A DNA stretch of 63,848 nucleotides, counting the filler, from Octopus bimaculoides (Eukaryota), in the NCBI RefSeq assembly GCF_001194135.2. It is 7 parts of 7 records of this genome, joined end to end, with 100 filler letters (N's around TTAATTAATTAA, not from the genome) between each part and the next. Parts side by side here need not be neighbours in the genome. Positions count along the whole stretch, not along the records: positions 1 to 16,826 come from NC_069002.1; positions 16,927 to 19,701 come from NC_068991.1; positions 19,802 to 26,010 come from NC_068994.1; positions 26,111 to 39,017 come from NC_068989.1; 3 more parts are not named here. One strand, 5' to 3'. The notes below the pieces were generated by a model. It ran no database searches, was not told the DNA's origin, and saw only the letters and a list, made by a program, of their open reading frames with translations. Made by a program: the position numbers and the translations under genes. This document shows positions 14,367-26,926 of this stretch, in pieces (the stretch's first letter is position 1; every line of letters begins with the position of its first letter).

Positions 14367-15041
14367 TTATATATGGTAGTAAATATGGTAAATAATGAAG
14401 TAGCGATATAGGAAACAGGAAAATAGATAGACTGCGAGGTAACTCAGCAGAGTAATGGATAAGCAGTGATAGAGAAAAGGGGGGGGGGGAAATAGGCAAT
14501 AACAAATTCAGAGGGGAGTAGGAACAGAGAGAGAGAGAGAGCGAGAGAGAGAGAGGAAGAGCTGATAAAGAAAGGATTGAGAGAATGAGAGAAAAAGAAA
14601 ATTCGGTACATCCATACTTAAACGTTGGCTGAATAAAACCACTTTAGATATAGAGGTCTAAATCTTCATAGGTTTATTTATTCTTCACCGTGAAACGAAC
14701 GTCGATTACTGTGAAATAACGACACAAATGCGGAAATAATGCGTTTTTTTTGTTTGCTTTACGGTAATTTAAAATGAATTTAAGGCAAGCTGCAATCTGC
14801 TTAAGAGTTGCAAGATTGCCCAATGGTTCGATGTGTTAAGCAACATCTGGTCAGCTTCAGAGCAAATTGAAAATCTGAAATTCGGTATAATTCACGGAGA
14901 CTGGAAAATTGATTGTCGTTGCTTGTGAGAACATTTCCTATTATAGAAGCAGTTGACATCCATTCAGCAATATCATTACAACTTAATGGAGTCGAGGGAC
15001 AGGTGCAAGGAAGCAATGAAGACGTTATTAGGGTAATCAAA

Positions 15042-15088
<47 letters not shown>

Positions 15089-15539
15089 NNNNNNNNNNNN
15101 NNNNNNNNNNNNNNNNNNNNNNNNNNNNNNNNNNNNNNNNNNNNNNNNNNNNNNNNNNNNNNNNNNNNNNNNNNNNNNNNNNNNNNNNNNNNNNNNNNNN
15201 NNNNNNNNNNNNNNNNNNNNNNNNNNNNNNNNNNNNNNNNNNNNNNNNNNNNNNNNNNNNNNNNNNNNNNNNNNNNNNNNNNNNNNNNNNNNNNNNNNNN
15301 NNNNNNNNNNNNNNNNNNNNNNACATACATACATACATACATACATACATACATACAAAAGCGCGAACAGGCTAGCTTCATGGCTGAGTTTATGTATCTC
15401 ATAGAGTGAGTTTGTAATGCATGTTGTTGTTGTTGTTGATGGTGACGGTGGTGGTGGGGGTGGGGGTGGCGGTGTTCAGTAGGGTGAGTGATGGTGATGG
15501 TGATGGTGATGATGCTGTTGTCTATATACGTTGTAAAGT

Positions 15540-15775
15540 TATCAGTTTTGTTTTCTTGATTTGCTACAGTAAGCTGTTCGGATGGGAAACCTCGCATTCA
15601 CACGAGTATTCTGTTATTCTCAATCCACAACCCTCAACTAACATTCCAATTCACTCATTGCACCCTGCACTTGTACTCTCTTTGTACCAGTTTGCTGCGT
15701 TCACACAAAAGATGGTGAATATTTTCGTCTTCTTTTCCACAAATTCTGTATTTGCTCTCTGACTCAATTTTATAA
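15540..15775 (-). mobile_element. R4/Dong-clade non-LTR retrotransposon fragment (CCHC knuckle to RLE start)
   Basis: IESESKYRICGKEDENIHHLLCERSKLVQREYK...ENNRILV...LTVANQENKT resembles CRMC...E.I.HI.S.C.KLAQ.EYK.RH...EN...ILWD. Several stops. Confidence 0.65.
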
Positions 15776-16015
15776 GTCTTTTATTATATTCGAATTAATA
15801 ACATTTTCCTGCGAGGATTTAATGAACGATTCAGTTTCACGTTACGGCTTTCATTCGTTAATTGGTGGTGAGAAAGAGTGGGGCAAAAAATGATTGGCAA
15901 AAACAGCAAACAAAAGTAACAAAACATCACCATTATAATCAACATTATCATCGTCATCATCATTGTCATCGTCATCATTAGAAGCGATCCAAAATTTGAA
16001 GCAATTATTAGCGTA

Positions 16016-16252
16016 GGGTGAAAAGCTGGCAGAAACGTTATCAGCTGGGCTGGACAAAAGCTTAGGAGCATTTCCTCCGTTTTCACGTTCTGAGTTCAAA
16101 TTCAGCCGAGGCCAGCTTTGCTTTCCATCATTTAGGGGTCGAAAAAGTAAGTACCATTTGAGCATTGGGGTCGATGTAATCGACGAGAGCTCCCCCCCCC
16201 CTCGTCCGAAATTCCAGATCTTGTGCTTATAGCACAAAAGATTATTATTATT
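16016..16252 (+). mobile_element. tRNA-derived SINE family A
   Basis: AGCTGGCAGAAACGTTA...CGTTCTGAGTTCAAATTCAGCCGAGG...GGGGTCGATGTAATCGAC, ending in an (ATT) tail. Confidence 0.85.
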
Positions 16253-16364
16253 GGTTTTGTTTCGTGGATGTCTGTTTTCACTGCAGTAAATAACGAAAGA
16301 AGTTAATTAATTTCAATGATTTCAAGAAAGAAAATATTCTACAAAATTTGAAAAATATTCTATT

Positions 16365-16484
16365 ATGACGTCATTGCAATACTGATTGTTCAACGGAGAA
16401 AATTAAAGAAGGCAAAAAAAAATTATTCTCATTTCTTTGTATATTTCTATAGAAAACTTTCACTTTCATCTGTGATGACGTCAT
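16365..16484. promoter_or_regulatory. Two ATGACGTCAT (CRE/ATF-type) palindromes
   Basis: Perfect 10-bp palindromes at 16365-16374 and 16475-16484; the first overlaps ATTGCAAT. Function not shown. Confidence 0.3.
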
Positions 16485-16646
16485 AATTTGTCGACTTCTT
16501 TTCTAAAAACACGCTAGAATTTCACTTTTGTCTTCATATCTTCAATGCTTCAACAGACACAAACACCGGATTATAGATAGGCTTGTATATAATCAGTGTA
16601 GCAATGAAATGTTTCACTGACTGTAAGGTAGGTAAGCATTACGTTT

Positions 16647-16708
<62 letters not shown>

Positions 16709-16826
16709 ATACGCACATATTTGTAGTAGTCTGTATCATTATTGATAACTAACTGCATTCACGCGGCTGGCCATTAGGTAGATTAGTTTGGAGAAACATT
16801 TTAGTTCCAAAGGATTAGCTTAAGCA

Positions 16827-16926
16827 NNNNNNNNNNNNNNNNNNNNNNNNNNNNNNNNNNNNNNNNNNNNTTAATTAATTAANNNNNNNNNNNNNNNNNN
16901 NNNNNNNNNNNNNNNNNNNNNNNNNN
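16827..16926. other. Assembly spacer N44-TTAATTAATTAA-N44 (also at 19746, 26055, 39062, 45960, 62704)
   Basis: An identical 12-mer with stops in all six frames sits centred in 100-nt N blocks; technical, not biological. Confidence 0.9.
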
Positions 16927-16971
16927 ATATATATACATATATATGCATATACATGTAATAGATATATATCA

Positions 16972-17010
<39 letters not shown>

Positions 17011-17567
17011 ACATATATTACACCACTGCACGCTTGTTAATACGCATGGCTCATGGTTTACTCGGTGCACAGTGGTCTTTATATGTACGCTTATCGTACG
17101 AAACGCACCAACAGAGAAGACCATGAACAGGAAAGGAGAGAAGGTGTTACAAACGACCTACAGCCATATTTATATCATCCGTAGAAGTTCATTCAGTCTT
17201 ATTGATTCTTGGTCTGTTTTGGTGTCAATGTTGTCGGCATTCATTTATATGTATATATATACATATATATATACATATTTGTGTGTGTGTATTTTTTTGT
17301 TTCGTTACAGCTGTCGTTCTCAAATTTTATCTTCATTTATAGTCTATTGTTTCTACTGTTATCATTCATTGCCTTAAATATTTTGGCATAGTCTAGACTA
17401 CGTTTTTTTTTGCCTTCTGAATAGTTTTTTTTTTTTCAATGTTTTATGTTTTGGCGTATGTTTACTGTTATCAACTTTTTCGTACTTCGTTGATTCGATT
17501 ATGTATTTTTTCACTTTATTTCACTTCTATGGTGATTGAGCTATTATTATTATTATTATTATTATTA

Positions 17568-17626
<59 letters not shown>

Positions 17627-17669
17627 ATTATTATTATTATTATTATTATAATTGCGGTTGTTGTTGTTG

Positions 17670-17704
<35 letters not shown>

Positions 17705-19801
17705 ATTGTTATTATAATNNNNNNNNNNNNNNNNNNNNNNNNNNNNNNNNNNNNNNNNNNNNNNNNNNNNNNNNNNNNNNNNNNNNNNNNNNNNNNNNNN
17801 NNNNNNNNNNNNNNNNNNNNNNNNNNNNNNNNNNNNNNNNNNNNNNNNNNNNNNNNNNNNNNNNNNNNNNNNNNNNNNNNNNNNNNNNNNNNNNNNNNNN
17901 NNNNNNNNNNNNNNNNNNNNNNNNNNNNNNNNNNNNNNNNNNNNNNNNNNNNNNNNNNNNNNNNNNNNNNNNNNNNNNNNNNNNNNNNNNNNNNNNNNNN
18001 NNNNNNNNNNNNNNNNNNNNNNNNNNNNNNNNNNNNNNNNNNNNNNNNNNNNNNNNNNNNNNNNNNNNNNNNNNNNNNNNNNNNNNNNNNNNNNNNNNNN
18101 NNNNNNNNNNNNNNNNNNNNNNNNNNNNNNNNNNNNNNNNNNNNNNNNNNNNNNNNNNNNNNNNNNNNNNNNNNNNNNNNNNNNNNNNNNNNNNNNNNNN
18201 NNNNNNNNNNNNNNNNNNNNNNNNNNNNNNNNNNNNNNNNNNNNNNNNNNNNNNNNNNNNNNNNNNNNNNNNNNNNNNNNNNNNNNNNNNNNNNNNNNNN
18301 NNNNNNNNNNNNNNNNNNNNNNNNNNNNNNNNNNNNNNNNNNNNNNNNNNNNNNNNNNNNNNNNNNNNNNNNNNNNNNNNNNNNNNNNNNNNNNNNNNNN
18401 NNNNNNNNNNNNNNNNNNNNNNNNNNNNNNNNNNNNNNNNNNNNNNNNNNNNNNNNTATATATATATTCAAAGAAATATTTTAAGAAATTGTCGACTTGC
18501 TGTATGACGTACCATTGATCATGGAGAAAATGCTCCAGGCGGTTTCCTTGCGAGAGAAAATGGAGATCAAGATGCGAGAGCATAGCTGTCGGAGATAGGT
18601 AATGAAAGAGCTGCAAACAGGTGAAAAAGTGTCCATTTCTTGAAGACACTATCTCTAGAGTGAGCAAGGTATTACTGTTTGTATATATACAACCGACTTT
18701 AACACATTTCGTCATATACAGTCACAGATCGGTCCGGCCAGTAGGAAAAGGTATTTGCTTCAGACTGTGCATCTTTTGTGACACCTGGATACTACCTGGT
18801 TACAAAACGAGCTAATTTATCGAACAGCTATGCTTGCATCTAAGATTTTAATTTTAAATCATGTCTCCTTGCTAATCCACAGATAGTAGAACAGCAAGAG
18901 TGTTTTGGCTAGTTCTTTGATTTGTTCGAATGAGTTCGTGGTATTGCTATATTCAACATTAAGTAGTTGTGGTTGGATGTCACGACCTCTAAGGCCACAG
19001 CGAAAAGTCTTTCCTTCATAGAAATCGTTTGCTCCCTTGAAATTCTTCGATGTTTGCTTAGTAGGTCTCTGTTTTATTAGCATTTATTGAAAGCTTTTAA
19101 AGAAGAGAAGACAATTTGATAGATTGAGAGAAAGAAATAGAGAAGAAGTTAGGAATACAAACAAAACCAATGGAAAAGAGGTGAGAATGATAGCCTGAAA
19201 GGGTATCTATGTGATAGGGTCAAAGTGCCATGAAGTGGGACTTTGATGTTTAAGTGTTTGCTAACAGCATCCATATATCCACGTGATACAATGTTGCTCA
19301 ATTGTATTAACCTCAAATACTGTGGGCAATTATTTCATTGTGTTTAGAAGCAGAGAACTAGCTATAGATATTGCTACAGCTTCTGGAGTCGGTGTGAGGA
19401 ATTGCTGTTGCAGCGCAGTTGGATTTTGTTGTCTGGTCTAGTGTTATTTGATTAAGGTGTTAAATGATGATGACATGGTATATATATATCTCACATTAAT
19501 TGCGTTTGTAGTTAGTCGGTGCTTGATCTGCAGGTATGGTGTCGCTAATACGTGCTATAAACTGCTAAGAAGTACGTGTATGTACGCATGCATGCACGTG
19601 TGCATGTATGTGTGTATGCATGTCGGTATGTAAGCCACTACGTATGTATGCATTGTGTATGTATGTGTATATACATATAAATATATATATATATATATAT
19701 ANNNNNNNNNNNNNNNNNNNNNNNNNNNNNNNNNNNNNNNNNNNNTTAATTAATTAANNNNNNNNNNNNNNNNNNNNNNNNNNNNNNNNNNNNNNNNNNN
19801 N

Positions 19802-19887
<86 letters not shown>

Positions 19888-20389
19888 CGTGGTTGTATAT
19901 ACGTACTTACATTTACAAAGTATACATATATATACGTACTTACATGTGTGTATGTGCGTGTGTACGCTTGTGTTGTGTGTAATGTATGTATGTGTGTGTG
20001 TATAGTTACATATATATACATATACATGTATATATGTATTTATATATGTATGTGTACGTATGTGTATATATGTATATATGTGTGTTTGCGTGTATTTGCG
20101 TTTGTTTTGTATATATACTCGTGTTCCATATCATTCATATATAAACACATATGTATAGCTGAATATGTATGTACCTATGTATGTATATGCATGTATGTGT
20201 GTATATATATGTGTGTGTATGTATGTATAAATATATTATATACGCTTGTATGTTTCAGAGTGTTTTCTGAATTATATGTGTGTATGTGTGTGTCTACGTG
20301 TGTGTATTTGTATAAATGAAAGACAGACGGAGATAAATAGACAGTTCGTGTGTTTTTGTATGTATGTATATACATATGTGTGTGAATGC

Positions 20390-20435
<46 letters not shown>

Positions 20436-20529
20436 TCAATGTGTGCGTGAGTGTGTGTGTGTGTCCATTTCGAGTCATAACAATCCGATCATAAGTATAA
20501 TGAGCGAGAGAAGCAATCATGCTCATAAT

Positions 20530-20682
20530 GTGGTCATGGCTGTGTGGTCATAAAACTTTGTTATCAGCCACACGGTATCAGGTTCGATCTAACTGCACGG
20601 CGCTTTACACGGTTTTCCTAGGCCGACAACTTCCTCGGAGGAAATTTAGTAGACGGAAACCGTCTAGAATCCCGCTGTGTGT
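20530..20682 (+). mobile_element. tRNA-derived SINE family B (degenerate)
   Basis: ATGGCTGTGTGGT...GGTTCGATC...TAGACGGAAAC, homologous to the copies at 50330 (+) and 54131 (-). Confidence 0.7.
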
Positions 20683-21465
20683 ACCTTTTTTTTCATTTTT
20701 TACTTGTTTCACTCACTGAACTGCGCCAATGCTGGGGCACTGGCTTCCTGGGTTTACTTGAACAGATCGATTCCAGTGCTTAGCNNNNNNNNNNNNNNNN
20801 NNNNNNNNNNNNNNNNNNNNNNNNNNNNNNNNNNNNNNNNNNNNNNNNNNNNNNNNNNNNNNNNNNNNNNNNNNNNNNNNNNNNNNNNNNNNNNNNNNNN
20901 NNNNNNNNNNNNNNNNNNNNNNNNNNNNNNNNNNNNNNNNNNNNNNNNNNNNNNNNNNNNNNNNNNNNNNNNNNNNNNNNNNNNNNNNNNNNNNNNNNNN
21001 NNNNNNNNNNNNNNNNNNNNNNNNNNNNNNNNNNNNNNNNNNNNNNNNNNNNNNNNNNNNNNNNNNNNNNNNNNNNNNNNNNNNNNNNNNNNNNNNNNNN
21101 NNNNNNNNNNNNNNNNNNNNNNNNNNNNNNNNNNNNNNNNNNNNNNNNNNNNNNNNNNNNNNNNNNNNNNNNNNNNNNNNNNNNNNNNNNNNNNNNNNNN
21201 NNNNNNNNNNNNNNNNNNNNNNNNNNNNNNNNNNNNNNNNNNNNNNNNNNNNNNNNNNNNNNNNNNNNNNNNNNNNNNNNNNNNNNNNNNNNNNNNNNNN
21301 NNNNNNNNNNNNNNNNNNNNNNNNNNNNNNNNNNNNNNNNNNNNNNNNNNNNNNNNNNNNNNNNNNNNNNNNNNNNNNNNNNNNNNNNNNNNNNNNNNNN
21401 NNNNNNNNNNNNNNNNNNNNNNNNNNNNNNNNNNNNNNNNNNNNNNNNNNNNNNNNNNNNNNNNN

Positions 21466-21557
<92 letters not shown>

Positions 21558-21599
21558 CAGATAGATAGATAGATAGATAGATAGATATAGATATAGATA

Positions 21600-21740
21600 T
21601 AAATGCGACTGGCTTCCACATGCTACCAAATTCATTCACAAAGCATTGTTGGTCGTGAGGCTATAGTAGACAATAGGTCCCCAAAATGCGACATAGTGAG
21701 ATTGGACTCCGTAGCCACGTGGTTACAAAGGGGGATCCTT
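21600..21740 (-). mobile_element. SINE family B fragment
   Basis: ACCAAATTCATTCACAAAGCATTGTTGGTCGTGAGGCTATAGTAGA matches the 54131-54297 copy. Confidence 0.6.
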
Positions 21741-22215
21741 AACCTCACAGCATGGAAATTGTGGGCTTTGAAGCTACAGAAGCTTCAGACTAGATATCGC
21801 CGTAATTGGCCAGTAGCTATTTCATAATAGTTTTCATATTACAGAACTTGTCTGCTTGTCTGTGTTGGTGACAAATAGAAGCCATCTGCAGCAACTTATG
21901 TGTGATATGGTGTAAATTTTATCAATATTTTTATTGTCTAGTCGTGGTGACTCATTATTTAATTACAAGTTCAGAATATATTAACAGTAGCTTATATCTG
22001 AAACAGTTAGGATGTTGACACCTATTACTTGATATTAATCAGTATCACCACAAAAAAAAACAGAAATATCAGCAACAGATATTACGATCACTAACCTACA
22101 GCAACTATCATCATTATCATTGCTCATATATGTATCATGACCGCAAATATATAAAAAAATGTATCATTAATACACTAGGAGTTCAGTGAGGAAGAATATA
22201 TTTGCTACTTATTTG

Positions 22216-22917
22216 CAGAAGGGCCTCTGTTTACGAATGCCTCTCATCACGAACAAATCGATAAACGTCTCGGATGACGAACAGTGTCTCAAGTAACGAA
22301 CATGCAAGCCGGCAACAACGTTTGACGACGAGCAGCGAATATCGGCAAGAGAGGGCCAGTTGCTGTCTAGCTTTCTCTCAGTGCACATCCCTGCTTGAAT
22401 TCGCCGTGCCTTGTCTTGAATTTCCAATATGAAAAATAGTTTCGGTTTACGAACATTTTAGGTGACAATGGTCAGAGAGTGCTTGAATTTTGCACATACC
22501 ATAACCTGTACATCACCAACACATTCTTTGCTAACAAGCCATCCCACAAGGCATCTTGGAGACATCCAAGATCTCACCGCTGGCATCAGTTGGATCTCAT
22601 CATCACACGAAGATCCTTTCTGAATTCAGTCCAACTGGCCCCTAGTTACCAAAGCGCGGATTGTGACACAGATCATTCACTAATAAGAAGTAGGGTGAGG
22701 ATTCTGCCTAAAAAAAAGTCCACCACTCCAAAAAAATGGGCCGACCACACATTGACACTGCCAGAACCTCGGACCCTACACTGCGAAAATGTTTTACTGT
22801 TTCTATCAAGGTTGCCCTCAGTAGCTGCCCATCCTCCTCTGCTGAAAGTAAGAGGAATTATATCAGGGAAGTTTTGTATACTGGAACGAATTAAATTCGT
22901 AAACCGAGGTTCTACTG
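22216..22917. mobile_element. pogo/Tigger-like non-autonomous DNA transposon with terminal inverted repeats
   Basis: Left CAGAAGGGCCTCTGTTTACGAA (22216-22237) versus the reverse complement of the right end CAGTAGAACCTCGGTTTACGAA (22896-22917): 18/22 identical. TA flanks the right end. Internal repeat TTCGGTTTACGAAC at about 22441. Confidence 0.65.
22461..22880 (+). mobile_element. RTE-clade LINE apurinic-like endonuclease fragment
   Basis: NGQRVLEFCTYHNLYITNTFFANKPSHKASWRHPRSHRWHQLDLIITRRSFLNSVQLAPSYQSADCDTDHSLIRSRV has the RTE EN motifs (NG..LLEFC, ITNTFF, WRHPRS..WHQLD, ADCDTDH). Continues after a frameshift as HHSKKMGRPHIDTARTSDP. Confidence 0.9.
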
Positions 22918-22920
22918 TAT

Positions 22921-23280
22921 TTACTTACTTATTCACTTACTAAAGCCCTTCATTCCTTATGGATCGTAGGCTATCAACGCCTTTTCTCCACTGTTTTCGA
23001 CTCTGTACTGTTTTTCTGCTTCTCTCTAGTTAGATCTCTGCTTCTCCTTGAAGCATCCATTCGGGTTTTTCCGCACCGTGTTGTATGTTTCACCGAGGAA
23101 AGGCCTTCCTCTTTCAGGTCTTGTCTTTGAATTGTCACCGATGATTCTGCATCTTCCTTTTTTTTCTAAGCAGGGTTGTTGGTCCTATGCAAACCGATTT
23201 TTGCTTCTGGGAAGTGTTGGTTCACATCAATCAGTCCTCCACTCTTTCACCTGTCCGGCATAGATGGGAGCCCTACTGAT
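22921..23280 (-). mobile_element. RTE-like non-autonomous element (5'-UTR-like part joined to 3' end with TAAG tail)
   Basis: The minus strand ends ...RSRKTVQSRKQWRKGVDSLRSIRNEGL* followed by TAAGTGAATAAGTAAGTAA. Upstream GTAGGGCTCCCATCTATGCCGGACAGGT...CAACAACCCTGC resembles RTE 5' UTRs as I recall them. Confidence 0.5.
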
Positions 23281-23421
23281 AAAAAAAAATCATAATGACA
23301 TCGTTCTGCACACTAGAGGGAAAAATCAATAGTCTACTGATTTTTCCCTTTAGTATGCAGATTCTATATAAATCTATAAACAATATAAACAAGCATAACT
23401 CCAATAATATCTTACTTTACT

Positions 23422-23613
23422 AAGGCGGTGAGGTGGTAAAAACGTTAGCACGCCGGGCGAATGCATAACGGCATTTCGTCTATCTTACGTTCTGAGCCCA
23501 AATTCGCCGAGGTCGACTTTGCTTTTCATCCCTTCGGGGTCGATAAATTAAGTACCAGTTGCGTACTGGGGTCGATATAATTGACTGACCCCCACCCCCA
23601 AAAAATTTCTAGG
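23422..23613 (+). mobile_element. tRNA-derived SINE family A (CpG-rich, relatively intact)
   Basis: GGCGGTGAGGTGG...CGTTAGCACGCCGGGCG...CGTTCTGAG...GAGGTCGACTTTGCTTTTCATCCCTTCGGGGTCGATAAATTAAGTACCAGTT. Confidence 0.9.
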
Positions 23614-26139
23614 TAAATGCAAGCTAATGAAGACTGATCAAATTTATGTTGACAAGTGTATTTGAAGAGTCAGAAACCGGTCCTGCATTATCCGATTCTG
23701 GGTTGTCCATTTATCGAATGTTCTTCCTAAAGGTAAGACAAATCTTTCATGTTTGTTGCACTCACACGTCTTTGCTAGTATATACGCAGTGAAGCTTTAC
23801 AATAGCATCGTATTTGTATCAACTGCTATTTCCAGTAAATATTGGTGCCTTGTTGTACCACTCATCTGTATTTATATATATATATATGTATATATATNNN
23901 NNNNNNNNNNNNNNNNNNNNNNNNNNNNNNNNNNNNNNNNNNNNNNNNNNNNNNNNNNNNNNNNNATATATATATATATAATTGTATATTTTGTGGCTTC
24001 CACGTCGACTGAGTTGAAAAGTAGGCAAACCTCAGGTGGTATCTACATTATAAATGATGGCTGAGTGCATTAATATAAATTTACTACCAGGAAAATTCAA
24101 ATATGTTAAATTAGAATGTCGATGATACAATGGTTAAAATCTGCCGCAGTATTCGCTGTCTCCAAAAATGTGAAATGTCTGACAGTTTAACAAACCATGT
24201 GCTCTCCCAAAAGCATCCACAATGAAAAACGGACTGCGTGTTGTACAACAATATAAAACAGTAGTGTACAATAGACTGTGGATGACAGGAAACACCCATT
24301 TGGTGCCCAACCTCTCGTCAATGCTATCTGCAGCACCCTATATTAATCCAAATACAACGTACACCAGTACACACGTATACACAAATATACATATCCTGTC
24401 GTTCACTCACAAATACATTTCTCTCTCTTTCTCTTTCTGTCTCTCTCTCTCCATCGCTCTGTCTCTCTTTCTCTCTTTGTTGCTCTCTCTCTCTCTTTCT
24501 CTCTCTTTTTCTGTTTCTTTTTCTCTAAAAGAGGATGCCATTACAACGAATAACGTAAAAGAAAATAAAAACAAAAGATAAACATCCATTATTCGTTCTG
24601 GAAAGTTAAAACCAAATTATAAATTGACCAATCAGAGAAGACCATTTTCAAATATTTAGGATGCAACGAATCTGGAATAATCTATTGTCTGCTGATTGGC
24701 ATTTTTCTNNNNNNNNNNNNNNNNNNNNNNNNNNNNNNNNNNNNNNNNNNNNNNNNNNNNNNNNNNNNNNNNNNNNNNNNNNNNNNNNNNNNNNNNNNNN
24801 NNNNNNNNNNNNNNNNNNNNNNNNNNNNNNNNNNNNNNNNNNNNNNNNNNNNNNNNNNNNNNNNNNNNNNNNNNNNNNNNNNNNNNNNNNNNNNNNNNNN
24901 NNNNNNNNNNNNNNNNNNNNNNNNNNNNNNNNNNNNNNNNNNNNNNNNNNNNNNNNNNNNNNNNNNNNNNNNNNNNNNNNNNNNNNNNNNNNNNNNNNNN
25001 NNNNNNNNNNNNNNNNNNNNNNNNNNNNNNNNNNNNNNNNNNNNNNNNNNNNNNNNNNNNNNNNNNNNNNNNNNNNNNNNNNNNNNNNNNNNNNNNNNNN
25101 NNNNNNNNNNNNNNNNNNNNNNNNNNNNNNNNNNNNNNNNNNNNNNNNNNNNNNNNNNNNNNNNNNNNNNNNNNNNNNNNNNNNNNNNNNNNNNNNNNNN
25201 NNNNNNNNNNNNNNNNNNNNNNNNNNNNNNNNNNNNNNNNNNNNNNNNNNNNNNNNNNNNNNNNNNNNNNNNNNNNNNNNNNNNNNNNNNNNNNNNNNNN
25301 NNNNNNNNNNNNNNNNNNNNNNNNNNNNNNNNNNNNNNNNNNNNNNNNNNNNNNNNNNNNNNNNNNNNNNNNNNNNNNNNNNNNNNNNNNNNNNNNNNNN
25401 NNNNNNNNNNNNNNNNNNNNNNNNNNNNNNTAGATTCAATAAAACTCTTGAATTCAAAGAATCTATGATCTTCTTCCTTTCAAATCATAGGAGTAACGTC
25501 GGAATAAATACATATATTTTGAAGTAATTGGTTAAAAAAGTTCCGCGACCCCTGGTTTTAAAATATTACACTTAGAAAACCAGTTTTAATCTTGATTTTG
25601 AAGTATTATATATTGTGAACACTTGGAAAGTAGTGATATACTTCAGGAATTAAACTGCGAATAGATTCTGAAAATAATACTTGACATGGGGAGGAATGAA
25701 GAGTTGAGAATCAGTGGAAAGTAATTTAGGAAACCATGGACGCTTGAATATTTTTTGCCTTTAAAAGAATATAATTAGCAACAATGATAGCAACAGAGTG
25801 AATAGCAGCTTCGTTAGCATTATCGATAATTACATTATATTTTACCATTGGATACCGGTTGCAGTCATTGGACTGCTGCCATGTTGGAGGCTGACGTATT
25901 CAACTCACCTAATGAATGAAGTACAGCAGTGTGAGATATCCCACAGTTTAATGGCTGACGGAAGGAAAATATAAAAATGCATGTGCTGCATATATATATA
26001 TATATATATANNNNNNNNNNNNNNNNNNNNNNNNNNNNNNNNNNNNNNNNNNNNTTAATTAATTAANNNNNNNNNNNNNNNNNNNNNNNNNNNNNNNNNN
26101 NNNNNNNNNNTATATATGCATATATATATGTATATGTTA

Positions 26140-26174
<35 letters not shown>

Positions 26175-26850
26175 CATATATATATGTATATGTTATATAT
26201 ATTGTATGTATATATATATATATATATGTTATATATATGTATGTATATGTATGTATATATAATATATATATATATTATATACATGTATATATAATTGTGT
26301 ACATATGAATATACACAAATATATTACATAATAATAATAATAATTATAATAATGATGATAACAACAACAATAATAATAATAATAATTATAATAATGATGA
26401 TAACAGCAACAATAATAATAATAACAATGATAATTATGATGATGATAATGATGGCGATGATGATGATGACGATGATGATAAATATATTGATAATGGCAAT
26501 ATTTACAAATTAGGCATTATCATAATGATAAAGTTTTTATATATTTGGCTATTTATAGATAAGATTTAAACTGAAACTTTTAAAAAAATTAAGATAATTA
26601 TCATCGTCACTTTCATCCTGATCATTATTATTATCATCATCCTCATTATTGTTGTTATTATTGGTACTTGCTGGTGTTTTGTTGTTAATGGTGTAGATGA
26701 TGACAATGAAGATGTTGAAGCTGACGATGATGGTTGCCGTGGTGCCGATACACTTTACGCTTGCCAAATGTAAGCCATACACATATACATACATGCATGC
26801 ATGCATACACATTACATTCATATATGCAAACATATAGGCTTGTATGTATG

Positions 26851-26926
<76 letters not shown>

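Noticed and set aside
14790-15043. Unique-looking stretch open in several frames
   Set aside because: No splice sites or family motifs identified.
16871-16882. TTAATTAATTAA palindrome recurring six times
   Set aside because: Always centred in N44...N44 blocks; an assembly spacer with stops in six frames.
18480-18700. IVDLLYDVPLIMEKMLQAVSLREK... frame
   Set aside because: In-frame stops and only vague resemblance to a Gypsy integrase C-terminus.
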